Assembly (NCBI GenBank): GCA_963823665.1
Contig: CAWGMQ010000008.1
Location: 1,536,001-1,600,000, forward strand
Source: an uncultured Planctomycetota bacterium
Lineage (GTDB): Bacteria > Planctomycetota > Planctomycetia > Isosphaerales > Isosphaeraceae
Direction: 5' to 3'
Length of the DNA: 64,000 nt
In this document: positions 1 through 9,663 of the stretch, piece after piece
Numbering within the stretch: the first letter of the stretch is position 1
Layout: the number at the start of each line of letters is the position of its first letter
Notes under the pieces: generated by a model
The model's input: the letters and a program-made list of their open reading frames with translations, nothing else
Told to the model about the DNA's origin: nothing
Database searches by the model: none
Translations under genes and position numbers: made by a program

Positions 1-436
1 GCTTGAGCATCGCGTTCTGTATTTCGTCCGCGAAGAGCGCATGTAACTTCGAGGCCTCAGCGGCGCTGGGAGCGTAGATGTAACCTGAGGCAGGGTCGTT
101 GTCGCCGGCGGGGCTGTCGGGGCTGACTTTCCCCCTTAACAACCACTTGACGGCCAAATTAACTAGCTTCCTGATCACACCGGCGCGGCCGGCCGTGGCG
201 GCCCCGGAGGGGTCCCGCTCTTCGTCCGCGCTCGTGGTCGCGGCCACAAGTTCCTTGATCTGCGCGATTAGGGCTGGCCGCGCGCTTTCGCGCACGCTCA
301 ACAGGTCTAGGTAGAGGAATCGGCCTCCCCCTTCGGCCGTGCGAATGTGACCGACACGCGGTCCGGCCGACACCGGCATCCCGCCCTCTGCTTCCGCGGC
401 GAGTCGAAATCGTTCTTCGCGGGTGAGTTGCGTCAT
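1..436 (-). CDS. Partial hypothetical protein (runs off left edge), translationally coupled to upstream GNAT
   Basis: Manual translation from ATG at 436 (ATGA overlap with GNAT stop 433-435) is open to the window edge: MTQLTREERFRLAAEAEGGMPVSAGPRVGH...; absent from ORF track because no stop lies in the window. Confidence 0.6.
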   Translation of the reverse strand, partial: MTQLTREERFRLAAEAEGGMPVSAGPRVGHIRTAEGGGRFLYLDLLSVRESARPALIAQIKELVAATTSADEERDPSGAATAGRAGVIRKLVNLAVKWLLRGKVSPDSPAGDNDPASGYIYAPSAAEASKLHALFADEIQNAMLK

Positions 437-1084
437 TGGGAAGCTCCGATTCTCACCAGAAACTCGGCCGCCTGTTGGCTCGAGAACTCAAAATAGGTTA
501 AGTGCTCGCATCCGGCGTCCGGTCCGAAATCCGTCATTCGGCACTTGTCTCGATAGAATGGCTCGGCCTGTCTTAGCGAGTGTAGCCCGATCCTTCCTTC
601 GAGTCCCAAGTCGTGGCCGAGTGCAATAGCTTCCCCTATTAGTATTGTACCAACGCCAAGGTACCGAGGCTCGTTTCCGCCGATCCTGAGATTCCAGGGA
701 GCTGATTCCAAATAGTCGACATAAACTATATGCTGCCTCGAGAATTCGGAATACTGTGGAGACCTGAGTACGGACATGAGCCCTTGCACGTCGTTCTGAC
801 ACTGAATCACGATCAGCGTATTCCGGCCCGTTTCTATTACTATCAAGTTTATTCCCCCAATCCCAATCAGCGTGTTCGGGCGGTCCGCCTCCCATTTCCA
901 ACGAGCGGGACACCAGCGAACTTCGCGCAAGGTTCCATTTTGATTGAATTTCGTGAAACTCAGCCGGAGAAAAATGGGCGCCGCGTGTGACGGTAGCTTG
1001 GACGATTGCGGGGCGGCCCGGCGGCAGGTTGCTTAGTATTGCATGGTCGTGGCAGATCGGTTCGCGATGTATTGGGGTGCTCAT
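433..1084 (-). CDS. GNAT-family N-acetyltransferase (toxin-like), split by one frameshift near 830
   Basis: N-part in ORF 488..1084 (PEHADWDWGNK), C-part in ORF 433..930 (VYVDYLESAPWN, RYLGVGTILI acetyl-CoA motif, GRIGLHSL..AEPFY). Confidence 0.75.
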
Positions 1085-1360
1085 CGTGCCGTCCCTAGGG
1101 CCGCAATCTTGGCCGAGATGCGAGCCGGCGCGAGGCCATAGCGTCGCAAGCGATTAACTAGGTCATCACGAAAGCGTCTACGACGACATGTGGGAGAAAT
1201 CGATAAGCCGCCTACGTGTGATCGCCAAGCGCCGGCGCGAAGGTGTTCCTACTATCGATGGTCGGATTGAGCCCCCGACGTGCCCCAATGATAATCGACC
1301 ATTCAACGGAAAACACTCACCCAGAAACCTCAGGATGATCATGCCACGCCGCACTCCCCT

Positions 1361-1400
1361 CCGTTCATGACTCGTCGCCGCCGTTCATGACTCGTCGCCG
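1361..1400. repeat. Perfect 20-bp tandem duplication
   Basis: ccgttcatgactcgtcgccg x2, followed by partial ccgtcg. Confidence 0.9.
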
Positions 1401-1495
1401 CCGTCGCTCTCCTCGTCACCGTTCAAACTTGGACGCCCGCTTGGCGATGGGGCCGGCTTGGCCATCGCGTCATCCCGCGGCTCGCCAAGAAGCAC

Positions 1496-1761
1496 ATGAC
1501 CGAAAAGGCCCGCGATGCGTTGGCGGAATTGCTCGATCAGCGCGAGACGATCGCGAGATCAAAGGCGACAAGGAGGAGCAGGCCCGAATCCGACAAGAAG
1601 CCTCCAGCCAACAGATGGGACTACTTTTTCTCTCCCAGATTATCCAGAACCCAGAAAACCTCGAGAAGCTCATGCCTGGGATCGAGAAAATGGCCGAGTT
1701 TGGCGCGGCGCAACGACGAAGTGACGAGCAAGCGGCGAAGCGCGGCCGCAAGAAAAGCTGA
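1496..1761 (+). CDS. Small helical hypothetical protein or fragment, frameshifted near 1555
   Basis: MTEKARDALAELLDQRE.. joins ..EIKGDKEEQARIRQEASSQQMGLLFLSQIIQNPENLEKLMPGIEKMAEF in another frame; protein-like composition. Confidence 0.4.
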
Positions 1762-2205
1762 CAGCGGTAGAATCCTTCTTAGCCATCCACGCTAACGCCC
1801 TGGGTTTGTGGACCCGCAGCGCATGAAAACGCCGCTGATCGAGCTCGTCGAGACAGGTGGCTACTCACTGATGGCCACGGATCCGGTTCGAGCGCGACCG
1901 ACCCATTCCCCGTTTGATCCCGACACCCCAGCAGCGCGAAATTTAACGACTGGCAGTGGATTGGCTCAAATGTTGATTACGGATGCATGCGAGCGATGCT
2001 GCTTAACGCGGCTTTTTCCGCGCGACCGACCTGCCCAGCCTGTGGAAAACGAGCGACCGACTCCCCGGTCCCGTGCAAAAAAAGCGACCGATCAATCTGA
2101 CCGCCTCGGAAGTGAGACGGATCAAGACGATCGGTCGCGAGTACTCCGCGGCGCTGCCGACCATACTTCAGGTCGCAGCCACCACGATGTGTCGTAACGC
2201 CAACC

Positions 2206-3885
2206 TCAACTCTTGGCCGGAGCCTGTGGCGACGCTGCGGGAAGAGTCGCCGGGGCCGGCACCAGCACCCGCCTACACACCGCAACCTGCCGCGGGACCT
2301 GCCGTGTTTGAGTCGTCATCACCGTGACAGGCACCTGTACCGGAACGCACACCGGGATCTGGCGAGTCACGGTTTCCGTGACCTGGCGGGCCTGAGTCTT
2401 GCACACCGTGATCGGAACCCGGGTCGTCACCGTAAAGGGCACTTGCTCGGTCACTGTCTCAGTGACCTGACGGGGCTGGTACTTGATCACCGTGACCGGC
2501 ACCTGGACGGGCACGCTCAACGGGTATTGCTGCGTGACGCTTTCGGTGACCTGGCGCGACCGGGAGGTCATCACGGTCACCGGCACCTGGAACGGCACGC
2601 TGACCGGATACTGCTCGGTGACATTTTCGGTCACCTGGCGATATCGCGTCGTGGCAACCTTCTCGGTCCTCTGCTCAGGCACGCTGATCGTGGTTGTGAC
2701 CGGCACGGTTTCGGCCACCTGCTTCGCCACCATCACCGTCACGGGTACGGTATACTCCTCGACCTTCTGCTCCGGAACCGACACATTGACCGTCACCGGC
2801 ACCATCTCGATCCGGGTTTCGGGCACCTCGACCGTTTTTTGGACCGGCACGACCCGCGTTCGCGTTTGCTGCACGTAACACGTCTGGGGCACTTGCCGCA
2901 CCACCGGTTTCGAGACGAAGACTTGTTTGGTGGAATACGTGGTGAGCGTGGTCGTGCATCGCCCACAAGACGAGTGGCCTCCGCGGCACGACTTCGCGCC
3001 GCACCCATGGTTGCAAGCGACGGGCACGACGCAAACAGAGGGTACGCAGACGTTCTGGTAGCATCCCTGCTCCTCGACGACCCGGCTATAGGTAGTGACC
3101 GGCACCGGCTCGGTGTACGACTCGGGGACGAGCGTCGTCTCGACCCGCGACGTCGTGAACGACACCGTCTTCGGCTGATACTCCGTTTGACGCACCGTTT
3201 TCATGACAGTGGTGTAGCGATACTGCTTCTCGGTTTTCGCCACCGGCTCGAGGACCGTCTTCCAGATCTGCTGATTGATGATCTTCTGTTGCGGCACGTA
3301 GACCGTGTACGTGCGCGGCACGTTCACGACCTCGGGGATAGAACGGCTGACGGGCACCGTCCGGCTCTTGTACTCCGTCCGATACCGCGTCTGCATCTGC
3401 GTCGTCGGAACCTGATCGACGACGGTGCGCGTGACGGGCACGTTCCGCGTCTTGTATTCCGTCTTGAATTGGGTCTTCATCTCGGTCGACGGAATCTGAT
3501 CCATGACGGTGCGCGTGATCGGTACGCTTCGCGTCTTGTAATCCGTGCGATACTGGGTTTGCATCTCTGTCGAGGAAACCTGGTCGAACACGGTGCGGGT
3601 GACCGGCACGGTCTCGGTCTTGTACTCCGTTCTGTATTCGGTTTGCAGCTTGGTCTGCGGCACGAGAGTGCACTCCGTGTCGTAGACCGTCTCATAGAAG
3701 ACCTGGTCCTGCCACACCATCGGTGCCGTCGCCGCGGCAGATTGCGCCGATGGTGCCGCACTGCTTCCCGATTGGCCCGAAGCCGTCGCGGGCGTCTGCG
3801 AAAGTGCCATCGCGCCCGCGGCGTGACCAATACACAATCCCGCCGCGACTACCGCAGCGGTTCTCAATCGCATCCTCGATTTCAT
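2206..3885 (-). CDS. Secreted Val/Thr/Pro-rich repeat protein with central Cys/His/Gly knob (YTV-like planctomycete envelope protein), 559 aa
   Basis: RBS GGAGAG before ATG 3885; signal peptide ending in AAGA; 4x28-aa repeats in each arm; RTYTV/EEYTV motifs; CNHGCGAKSCRGGHSSCGRC centre. Confidence 0.85.
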   Translation of the reverse strand: MKSRMRLRTAAVVAAGLCIGHAAGAMALSQTPATASGQSGSSAAPSAQSAAATAPMVWQDQVFYETVYDTECTLVPQTKLQTEYRTEYKTETVPVTRTVFDQVSSTEMQTQYRTDYKTRSVPITRTVMDQIPSTEMKTQFKTEYKTRNVPVTRTVVDQVPTTQMQTRYRTEYKSRTVPVSRSIPEVVNVPRTYTVYVPQQKIINQQIWKTVLEPVAKTEKQYRYTTVMKTVRQTEYQPKTVSFTTSRVETTLVPESYTEPVPVTTYSRVVEEQGCYQNVCVPSVCVVPVACNHGCGAKSCRGGHSSCGRCTTTLTTYSTKQVFVSKPVVRQVPQTCYVQQTRTRVVPVQKTVEVPETRIEMVPVTVNVSVPEQKVEEYTVPVTVMVAKQVAETVPVTTTISVPEQRTEKVATTRYRQVTENVTEQYPVSVPFQVPVTVMTSRSRQVTESVTQQYPLSVPVQVPVTVIKYQPRQVTETVTEQVPFTVTTRVPITVCKTQARQVTETVTRQIPVCVPVQVPVTVMTTQTRQVPRQVAVCRRVLVPAPATLPAASPQAPAKS

Positions 3886-3951
3886 CGTCGCTACTCTCCA
3901 CGCTGTTCGATTGCTTGAGACCGCTCCTTCACCGAATACGCGCATCCCTGA

Positions 3952-5106
3952 TCAAAGACCGCCTTGCGGCCTCGCACCCGACTGTGATGAAGCAGGAGCG
4001 CTCTGGGCAGAAGCCGGCCCGGCGACGGGCCGAACCTGAGTGGTCATGACCGTGACGGGCACCTGGTAAGGCACGCACACAGATCTCTGCTGCGTGACCG
4101 TCTCCGTGACCGGCCGGCACTTCACCACCGGAACGGTCACCGTCGAATAGTTCGGAATCATCTTCGTCTCACAGACCGTCACCGTTTCCGTGACCGGTTT
4201 CGTTATCACCTTGGTCACGGTGACGTCGTACGACTGCATTTGATACTCGGTCACACACTGATTGACCGTCCCACATGGCACGCGGTTGACTTTAGTCACC
4301 GGTACCGTGACCGTTTGCTGCACGGGGTTGAATTTCGTCCGCGTTCGCTGCACATAGCAAGTTTCCGGTACGAATTTCACCGCCGGGCGGGTGACAGGCA
4401 CTTGCTGGTAGGTGCAAGTTGTCACCGGGCGGTAGCCCACACAGGCCGTCGCACCGCCACACGCACCGCAGCCTCCGCCGCCACAGCGGTGCCCGCACGT
4501 GTGAGCACACGTGACAACCGGAACGTACGAGGTCGACGGAATGCGCTGCGTCACATAACAGACTTGCGGCTCGACAACCTTGCGCATCTTCGTGACCGGC
4601 ACGGTCTCGGTCACGCACTCGGGTATCATGCGCGTGATGACCTTATTGACCATCTCGGTCGTGCAATACGTCTGATAAATCGTCCGCTGCACCGTCTTGG
4701 TCACCGGCACCGGGCGCCAGCACTTCTGCACCACCGTCGTCGGCTCGCACACGATTCGCGTCACCGGTTTGTTCACCATCTGCTGCTGCGGTGTGTAGCG
4801 TGTGACGGTGCGCGTCTCGTTAACAACCTCGCGCACCATGCGTGTCACCGGGACGTTCTCCGTCCGGCATTCAGTTCGATAGAGCGTCTGGGTGTACGTC
4901 ACGGGCACTTGCACGTATTCATACGCCTGCGCCGAACCCGTTTGACCGGCCGGAACCACCGGTGTTCCAGCTTGCGCGGAGCCGGCCGCCGGCTCCTGCT
5001 TCGATGCCGTCTGGATGGCCGCCGCCGCCCAACTGGCCGACATGACCAGACCGGCAATCATCACCCCAACACGCGCGAGCACTCGCTGACGAATCAATCG
5101 CTGCAT
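3952..5106 (-). CDS. Paralogous secreted YTV-like Val/Thr/Pro/Cys protein, 384 aa
   Basis: RBS GGAGG before ATG 5106; signal peptide; VPVT-rich arms; CAHTCGHRCGGGGCGACGG centre. Confidence 0.85.
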   Translation of the reverse strand: MQRLIRQRVLARVGVMIAGLVMSASWAAAAIQTASKQEPAAGSAQAGTPVVPAGQTGSAQAYEYVQVPVTYTQTLYRTECRTENVPVTRMVREVVNETRTVTRYTPQQQMVNKPVTRIVCEPTTVVQKCWRPVPVTKTVQRTIYQTYCTTEMVNKVITRMIPECVTETVPVTKMRKVVEPQVCYVTQRIPSTSYVPVVTCAHTCGHRCGGGGCGACGGATACVGYRPVTTCTYQQVPVTRPAVKFVPETCYVQRTRTKFNPVQQTVTVPVTKVNRVPCGTVNQCVTEYQMQSYDVTVTKVITKPVTETVTVCETKMIPNYSTVTVPVVKCRPVTETVTQQRSVCVPYQVPVTVMTTQVRPVAGPASAQSAPASSQSGARPQGGL

Positions 5107-5621
5107 CACCTGGCCTCCACCTTGCGGAACGCGAATCACCTCGACGTCAGAAATGGCGGACCACGCAAATCGAGAACATGCAGCGTAGCCCGAAAAATTG
5201 CTGTAGAGACCCAATACTACCTAGAATATACACTCTGTGCAAGCTTCTCAATCTGTTGCACGAAATACTCTTCACAGGGCAACGCCTTCGGCACGTGCGC
5301 AGAAATATGGACAAACGTACCGATCCGCGCCGTGGCTCGAGCTCATTGGCCCACGATGTCATCAGCTTGGTGTCAGTTGGTCGCGAGCATTGATTCTTCT
5401 CATGCAGCTCGAGCGCGCATTCGGTTCCTGGCACCTTTTCTGGCACCGTTTCGCAGGGGTCGCGGGACGGACGAGTTTTGCGTATGCTTTAGAGAGCCGG
5501 CGGGAGTGTTACGATTTGAATCCACCGAGAGCCATCTGACGGATTGCCCGCCGGAACCGTCCTCGACGCCGGAAAAAGCTCCATTTCGCTGTCCCGAATG
5601 AATCGGTTCCACGTTACCTCC

Positions 5622-6530
5622 ATGACCAAGATCGAGCGCGAACGCAATCTGGCCGTATTCATTGATCTGGAAAACCTGGCGATGGGCTTCCAGAATCAGC
5701 GCAAGATCCGATTCGAGGTGCAGAAGGTGCTCGAGCGTCTGGTCGAGAAGGGAAAGCTCGTGGTCAAGAAGGCGTATGCCGACTGGAGCCGGTTCCCGAG
5801 CTATACGGCTCCATTCCATGAGGCCGCCATCGAATTGATCGAGATTCCCAAGCGCTCGCAGACGGGCAAGAATTCGGCGGATATCCGGCTGGTCGTCGAC
5901 GCCATGGATCTGGCCTGGAGCAAAACGCATCTCGACACGTTCGTGATCGTCTCGGGTGACTCTGACTTTTCGCCATTGGTCTCCAAGCTCAAGGAGAATG
6001 GCAAACACGTCATCGGTCTGGGGATGAAAGGGTCGACTTCAGACCTGCTCCGGGATAACTGCGACGAATTCATTTACTATGAAGATCTGGAGCGGCAGGA
6101 ACAAAACGAGCAGCAGCTCGTCACCGATTTGAACACTTACTTGCCCCCGAACTTGCCCGAGCGCCAGCGTGAGCTCTACAGCCTCCTGATCGAGGCCTGT
6201 CACGCGCTGCGGCGTGAAAATCACGAGGTGATCTACGCCTCGATGATCAAGGACACGATGAAACGAAAGAAGCCGTCGTTTGACGAGAGCTACTACGGAT
6301 ATCGCAGCTTCACCCACTTGCTCGAGGACGCCGATAACCTGGCGCTGGTGGATATCGAGCGGAACCCCAAGAGCGGTACGTACGTCGTGACCGGCTTCAG
6401 CGGCGAGCGCGATCGAAAAGCGCATCGCGGCCAACCGGGCGCCAACAACACTGCGGCGCCGCCGGTTGTGGATCCGGCCGCGAAACTCGGCGCGCGGCCA
6501 AGCCGCGGCCTGCCTCGCCGCCGGCGCTGA
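5622..6530 (+). CDS. NYN (LabA/DUF88, PIN-fold) domain protein with C-terminal OST-HTH/LOTUS domain
   Basis: AVFIDLEN, AYADW, GKNSADIRLVVDA, IVSGDSDFSPL, CDEFIYY; C-terminal PSFDESYYGYRSFTHLLE. Confidence 0.92.
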   Translation: MTKIERERNLAVFIDLENLAMGFQNQRKIRFEVQKVLERLVEKGKLVVKKAYADWSRFPSYTAPFHEAAIELIEIPKRSQTGKNSADIRLVVDAMDLAWSKTHLDTFVIVSGDSDFSPLVSKLKENGKHVIGLGMKGSTSDLLRDNCDEFIYYEDLERQEQNEQQLVTDLNTYLPPNLPERQRELYSLLIEACHALRRENHEVIYASMIKDTMKRKKPSFDESYYGYRSFTHLLEDADNLALVDIERNPKSGTYVVTGFSGERDRKAHRGQPGANNTAAPPVVDPAAKLGARPSRGLPRRRR

Positions 6531-6608
6531 GAACACCCTTCCCATGGGAGATCGTCACACGAGTTTCTCGCAAGCCTCACCGAGCTTATTCCGGCAGGAG
6601 AGACCGCA

Positions 6609-7508
6609 ATGTTCCTTGCTCAAAAACTCCATCGTTCCGGCCCAGACCTCGACCGCGGGCGGGCAGACCGCCATTCTCTCCGCCCACGCGGACGAGCGAT
6701 CACCCTCGCCCTGCTGGCAGTTTGCGTGATCGGCGTGCCGGGAAGAGCCGCCGATGAGCCGCAGAATGAAACGCTCGCACAGCACAAGCTCAAGGCAATG
6801 GGCTCTCTCCAGGTCCTCGAGGACGAAGGCGAATTCAAGACCAAGCTCACGGAAGCGCGGCGGCTCCTGCGGCAGTTGAACTACTCGATCTTGCAGCAGA
6901 AGGGAACCATGAGCCCGCAGCAGTATCAAAAAAACCTTGAGGGAATGAAAGAAGAATTGAACCAGATGAGGTCGCAGATCAACCAGGCCAACCAGCAGAT
7001 GAACTCGCTTCCACGTTTCCGCGGCCGGCTCTCAAGCAGCTACGCACAAGAGGCGTACAACGAGCTCATGGTTTATCGAAATCAGCTCCAGGTGCAGGTC
7101 AACCAGGAATCGGCCTGGCTGAATCAGCTTCAGAGCCAGAAGGCCGACCCCAAAGCCAAGGACAAGATCGACGCCGAGGTGAACGACCGGCGCGACGCCT
7201 ATCACCAGGCGCTTCAAGACTTGCGCACACTGGCTGACTCGGTCACCAAGAAATACGCCGATCTGGAAAAAGACTCCGAGGTGAAGGATGCCATTGCCGC
7301 GCTCGGCAAAGGCAAGCGAGAAAAGCCGAAACTCGGCCCGTCTCATGATTTTTTGAACAACGTGAAACTTCTCGAGAAGCTTGAGAAGGCTGAATCCTCC
7401 GGCGATGCATTCCAGGAGAAGCCCGCGCGGCGTTCGCGCACCAAGAGTCGGTCCAAGACGAAAGATGCGGTCTCCACCACGCCCGCGAAGGGTAAACCCG
7501 GCGAGTGA
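6609..7508 (+). CDS. Secreted coiled-coil hypothetical protein
   Basis: Hydrophobic signal segment, long Q/E/K/L heptad-rich region; GTGA overlap with serpin start. Confidence 0.8.
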   Translation: MFLAQKLHRSGPDLDRGRADRHSLRPRGRAITLALLAVCVIGVPGRAADEPQNETLAQHKLKAMGSLQVLEDEGEFKTKLTEARRLLRQLNYSILQQKGTMSPQQYQKNLEGMKEELNQMRSQINQANQQMNSLPRFRGRLSSSYAQEAYNELMVYRNQLQVQVNQESAWLNQLQSQKADPKAKDKIDAEVNDRRDAYHQALQDLRTLADSVTKKYADLEKDSEVKDAIAALGKGKREKPKLGPSHDFLNNVKLLEKLEKAESSGDAFQEKPARRSRTKSRSKTKDAVSTTPAKGKPGE

Positions 7509-8755
7509 AGCTCGACATGACACGGTTTCTGCCGACGGTCGTTTGTCTGGCCTTGTATGGAGGGTTTTGCGGGCAGTGCGCCGCCGGCGAGGGTTCGACC
7601 ATGGATGCCAGCACCGAGGTCGTCCGTGACAACAACGCGTTTGCGGTGGACCTCTACGGACGGGTCGCGCGGGGCGACGGCAACCGATTCCTGTCGCCCT
7701 TCTCGATCTCATGCGCCCTCGCCATGACCTATGGGGGCGCACGGGGCGATACCGCCGTCCAGATCGCCAAGGCCCTGCATTTCAAGCTGCCGGCCGAGCA
7801 GCTTCACTCCGCGTTTCATCGCTTGATTGCCGATTTGAACCATCAAAACGACTCCGGGACCGACCCCAATACCCCCCGCGCCGTTGAGCTGCTCACTGCG
7901 AACGCGCTCTGGACACAGTCGGGTGAGCGGATCCTCCCTGAATTCCAGAAGCTGATCGAGAAGAGCTACGGAGGCGGGCTCATTCCGGTCGACTTCCGCG
8001 ACGCGCCAGCCGCGGCGTGCGAGTACATCAATCACTGGGTCGAGGAACAGACCAGAGGAAGAATCAAGGACCTGATCAAGCCGAACCACATCGACTCGCG
8101 CACCGTGCTCATTCTCACCAACGCGATCTACTTCAAGGCGCTCTGGGCCAGCCCGTTTCCCGCGACACTCACCCGGCCTGGTGATTTCCAGGCATCGTCT
8201 GGGGAAAAGGTTCCAGCGAAGCTGATGCACCTCACCGGGAAATTCGCTTACGCAGAAGACACCACGGCGCAGGCACTGGAGCTGCCTTATCAGGGCGCGA
8301 ATCTCTCGATGGTCATCGTCTTGCCCAAGGCTTCAGACGGGCTCAGCTCGCTCGAATCCTCGCTTTCGCTTACAAAGCTTGATGGCTGGGTCAGTTCGCT
8401 GCTCCAGCGCCGCATCGAGGTGATTCTGCCCCGGTTCAAGCTCACCGCGGAATTCGAGCTCAAAGACACCCTTTCTTCGCTGGGAATGCCGGCGGCATTC
8501 GCCGGAGGCGACGCCGACTTTTCCGGAATGAACGGTTCCCGCGATCTCGTGATCTCGGCCGTCGTGCACAAGGCATTCGTTGAGGTCGAGGAAAAGGGAA
8601 CCGAAGCCGCGGCGGCCACCGGGGTCGTGATGGCCCGAGCTTCCCTCGCGATGGGGCCGCCGGTTGTCTTCCGCGCCGATCATCCTTTCCTCTTCCTGAT
8701 CCGCGACAAATCGACCGGCAGCATCCTCTTCATCGGGCGCCTGGCGCGGCCGTAA
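7505..8755 (+). CDS. Serpin (serine protease inhibitor), secreted
   Basis: NNAFAVDLY, FLSPFSIS.ALAMTY.GARG, ILTNAIYFKALW, hinge EKGTEAAAATG, FRADHPFLFLIRD..TGSILFIGR. Confidence 0.97.
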   Translation: MKLDMTRFLPTVVCLALYGGFCGQCAAGEGSTMDASTEVVRDNNAFAVDLYGRVARGDGNRFLSPFSISCALAMTYGGARGDTAVQIAKALHFKLPAEQLHSAFHRLIADLNHQNDSGTDPNTPRAVELLTANALWTQSGERILPEFQKLIEKSYGGGLIPVDFRDAPAAACEYINHWVEEQTRGRIKDLIKPNHIDSRTVLILTNAIYFKALWASPFPATLTRPGDFQASSGEKVPAKLMHLTGKFAYAEDTTAQALELPYQGANLSMVIVLPKASDGLSSLESSLSLTKLDGWVSSLLQRRIEVILPRFKLTAEFELKDTLSSLGMPAAFAGGDADFSGMNGSRDLVISAVVHKAFVEVEEKGTEAAAATGVVMARASLAMGPPVVFRADHPFLFLIRDKSTGSILFIGRLARP

Positions 8756-8853
8756 GTCCCACCAACCGGTGGAAACCCGCCGGCGCCTCCGCTAGGATAG
8801 TGCCGTCTGTCGCACATTAATCCCGTCGGCCGTCACGTCAGGCGAGAGCAACC

Positions 8854-9612
8854 ATGATCCTCGGCAAACTCTGGAAAGCCATCGCAGCACAGTTCAACAA
8901 GCTGGCCAACGCGATCCGCGGGGTCGACCCGATCGCCGAGATGCAATATGAATACGACCGCTCGGTCGAGCAGATCAAAGAGGGCCGGGAGGGCCTGGCC
9001 CAGTACCGCGCCTTGGTCGAGCGGGTTTCGCGCCAGGTGGAGAATGCTCGCAAGCAGGTTGCCATGCTCGAAGCCAAGGTCAAGGCCTACTTGAATGCCG
9101 GCGACCGCGACAACGCGGGCCGGATTGCCCTCGAGCTCAAGCGTGCCAGGGACGACCAGGCCGAAAACGAAAAGCAACTCGCGCTCCACGAGCAGGCTTA
9201 CCAGAACAACCTTCTGAAAATTCAGCGCGCGGTCAAGAAGCTCGACGACGTGAGGCACAAGATCTCCACATACGATGCCGAGCTGAAGATGAGCCGTGCC
9301 GAGGCCGAGATGGCCGCCCTCGCGAACCAGTTCCATTTCGACGTCACAACCGACTTCGGCCAGGCCGAGCAGATGCTTCAGGACCAGATCGACAAGAATC
9401 GCGCCAAGGTCCGCGTAGCGGCTGACCTCTCCGGCGAGGGTGTCGAAGAGATCCAGCGCGAAGTGAACGTTGAAAAAGCCATGGCCGATAACGCCTTGCG
9501 GGAATTTGAAATCTCCCAGGGCATGGTCACCCCCGAAACGAGCAAAATACCCCAGGCGACCAAAGAGCTGGGCCCGGCAGCCAAAACGCTCGCGCCGCTC
9601 CCCGAGATCTGA
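8854..9612 (+). CDS. pspA: PspA/IM30 (Vipp1, ESCRT-III superfamily) protein
   Basis: N-terminal amphipathic helix MILGKLWKAIAAQFNKL, DP motif, long coiled coil, AYLNAGDRDNA motif. Confidence 0.8.
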   Translation: MILGKLWKAIAAQFNKLANAIRGVDPIAEMQYEYDRSVEQIKEGREGLAQYRALVERVSRQVENARKQVAMLEAKVKAYLNAGDRDNAGRIALELKRARDDQAENEKQLALHEQAYQNNLLKIQRAVKKLDDVRHKISTYDAELKMSRAEAEMAALANQFHFDVTTDFGQAEQMLQDQIDKNRAKVRVAADLSGEGVEEIQREVNVEKAMADNALREFEISQGMVTPETSKIPQATKELGPAAKTLAPLPEI

Positions 9613-9663
9613 GCCGAGCCGCACCCGAGTAAAGGTCGATCGATCGATCGAGGGACGCAGACC

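Noticed and set aside
2073..2327. 84-aa plus-strand ORF (MQKKRPINLTASEVRR...)
   Set aside because: Overlaps the 3' end of the YTV-like gene on the opposite strand; no RBS or recognisable motif
5423..5455. TGGCAC repeats as a sigma54 promoter for the NYN gene
   Set aside because: GG-to-GC spacing is one base short in TGGCACCGTTTCGC and absent in the first copy; more likely a short repeat remnant
2308..5601. Long His/Arg-rich plus-strand ORFs (536 and 453 aa)
   Set aside because: Antisense shadows of the Val/Thr-rich repeat genes (GTG/ACG codons read as CAC/CGT)
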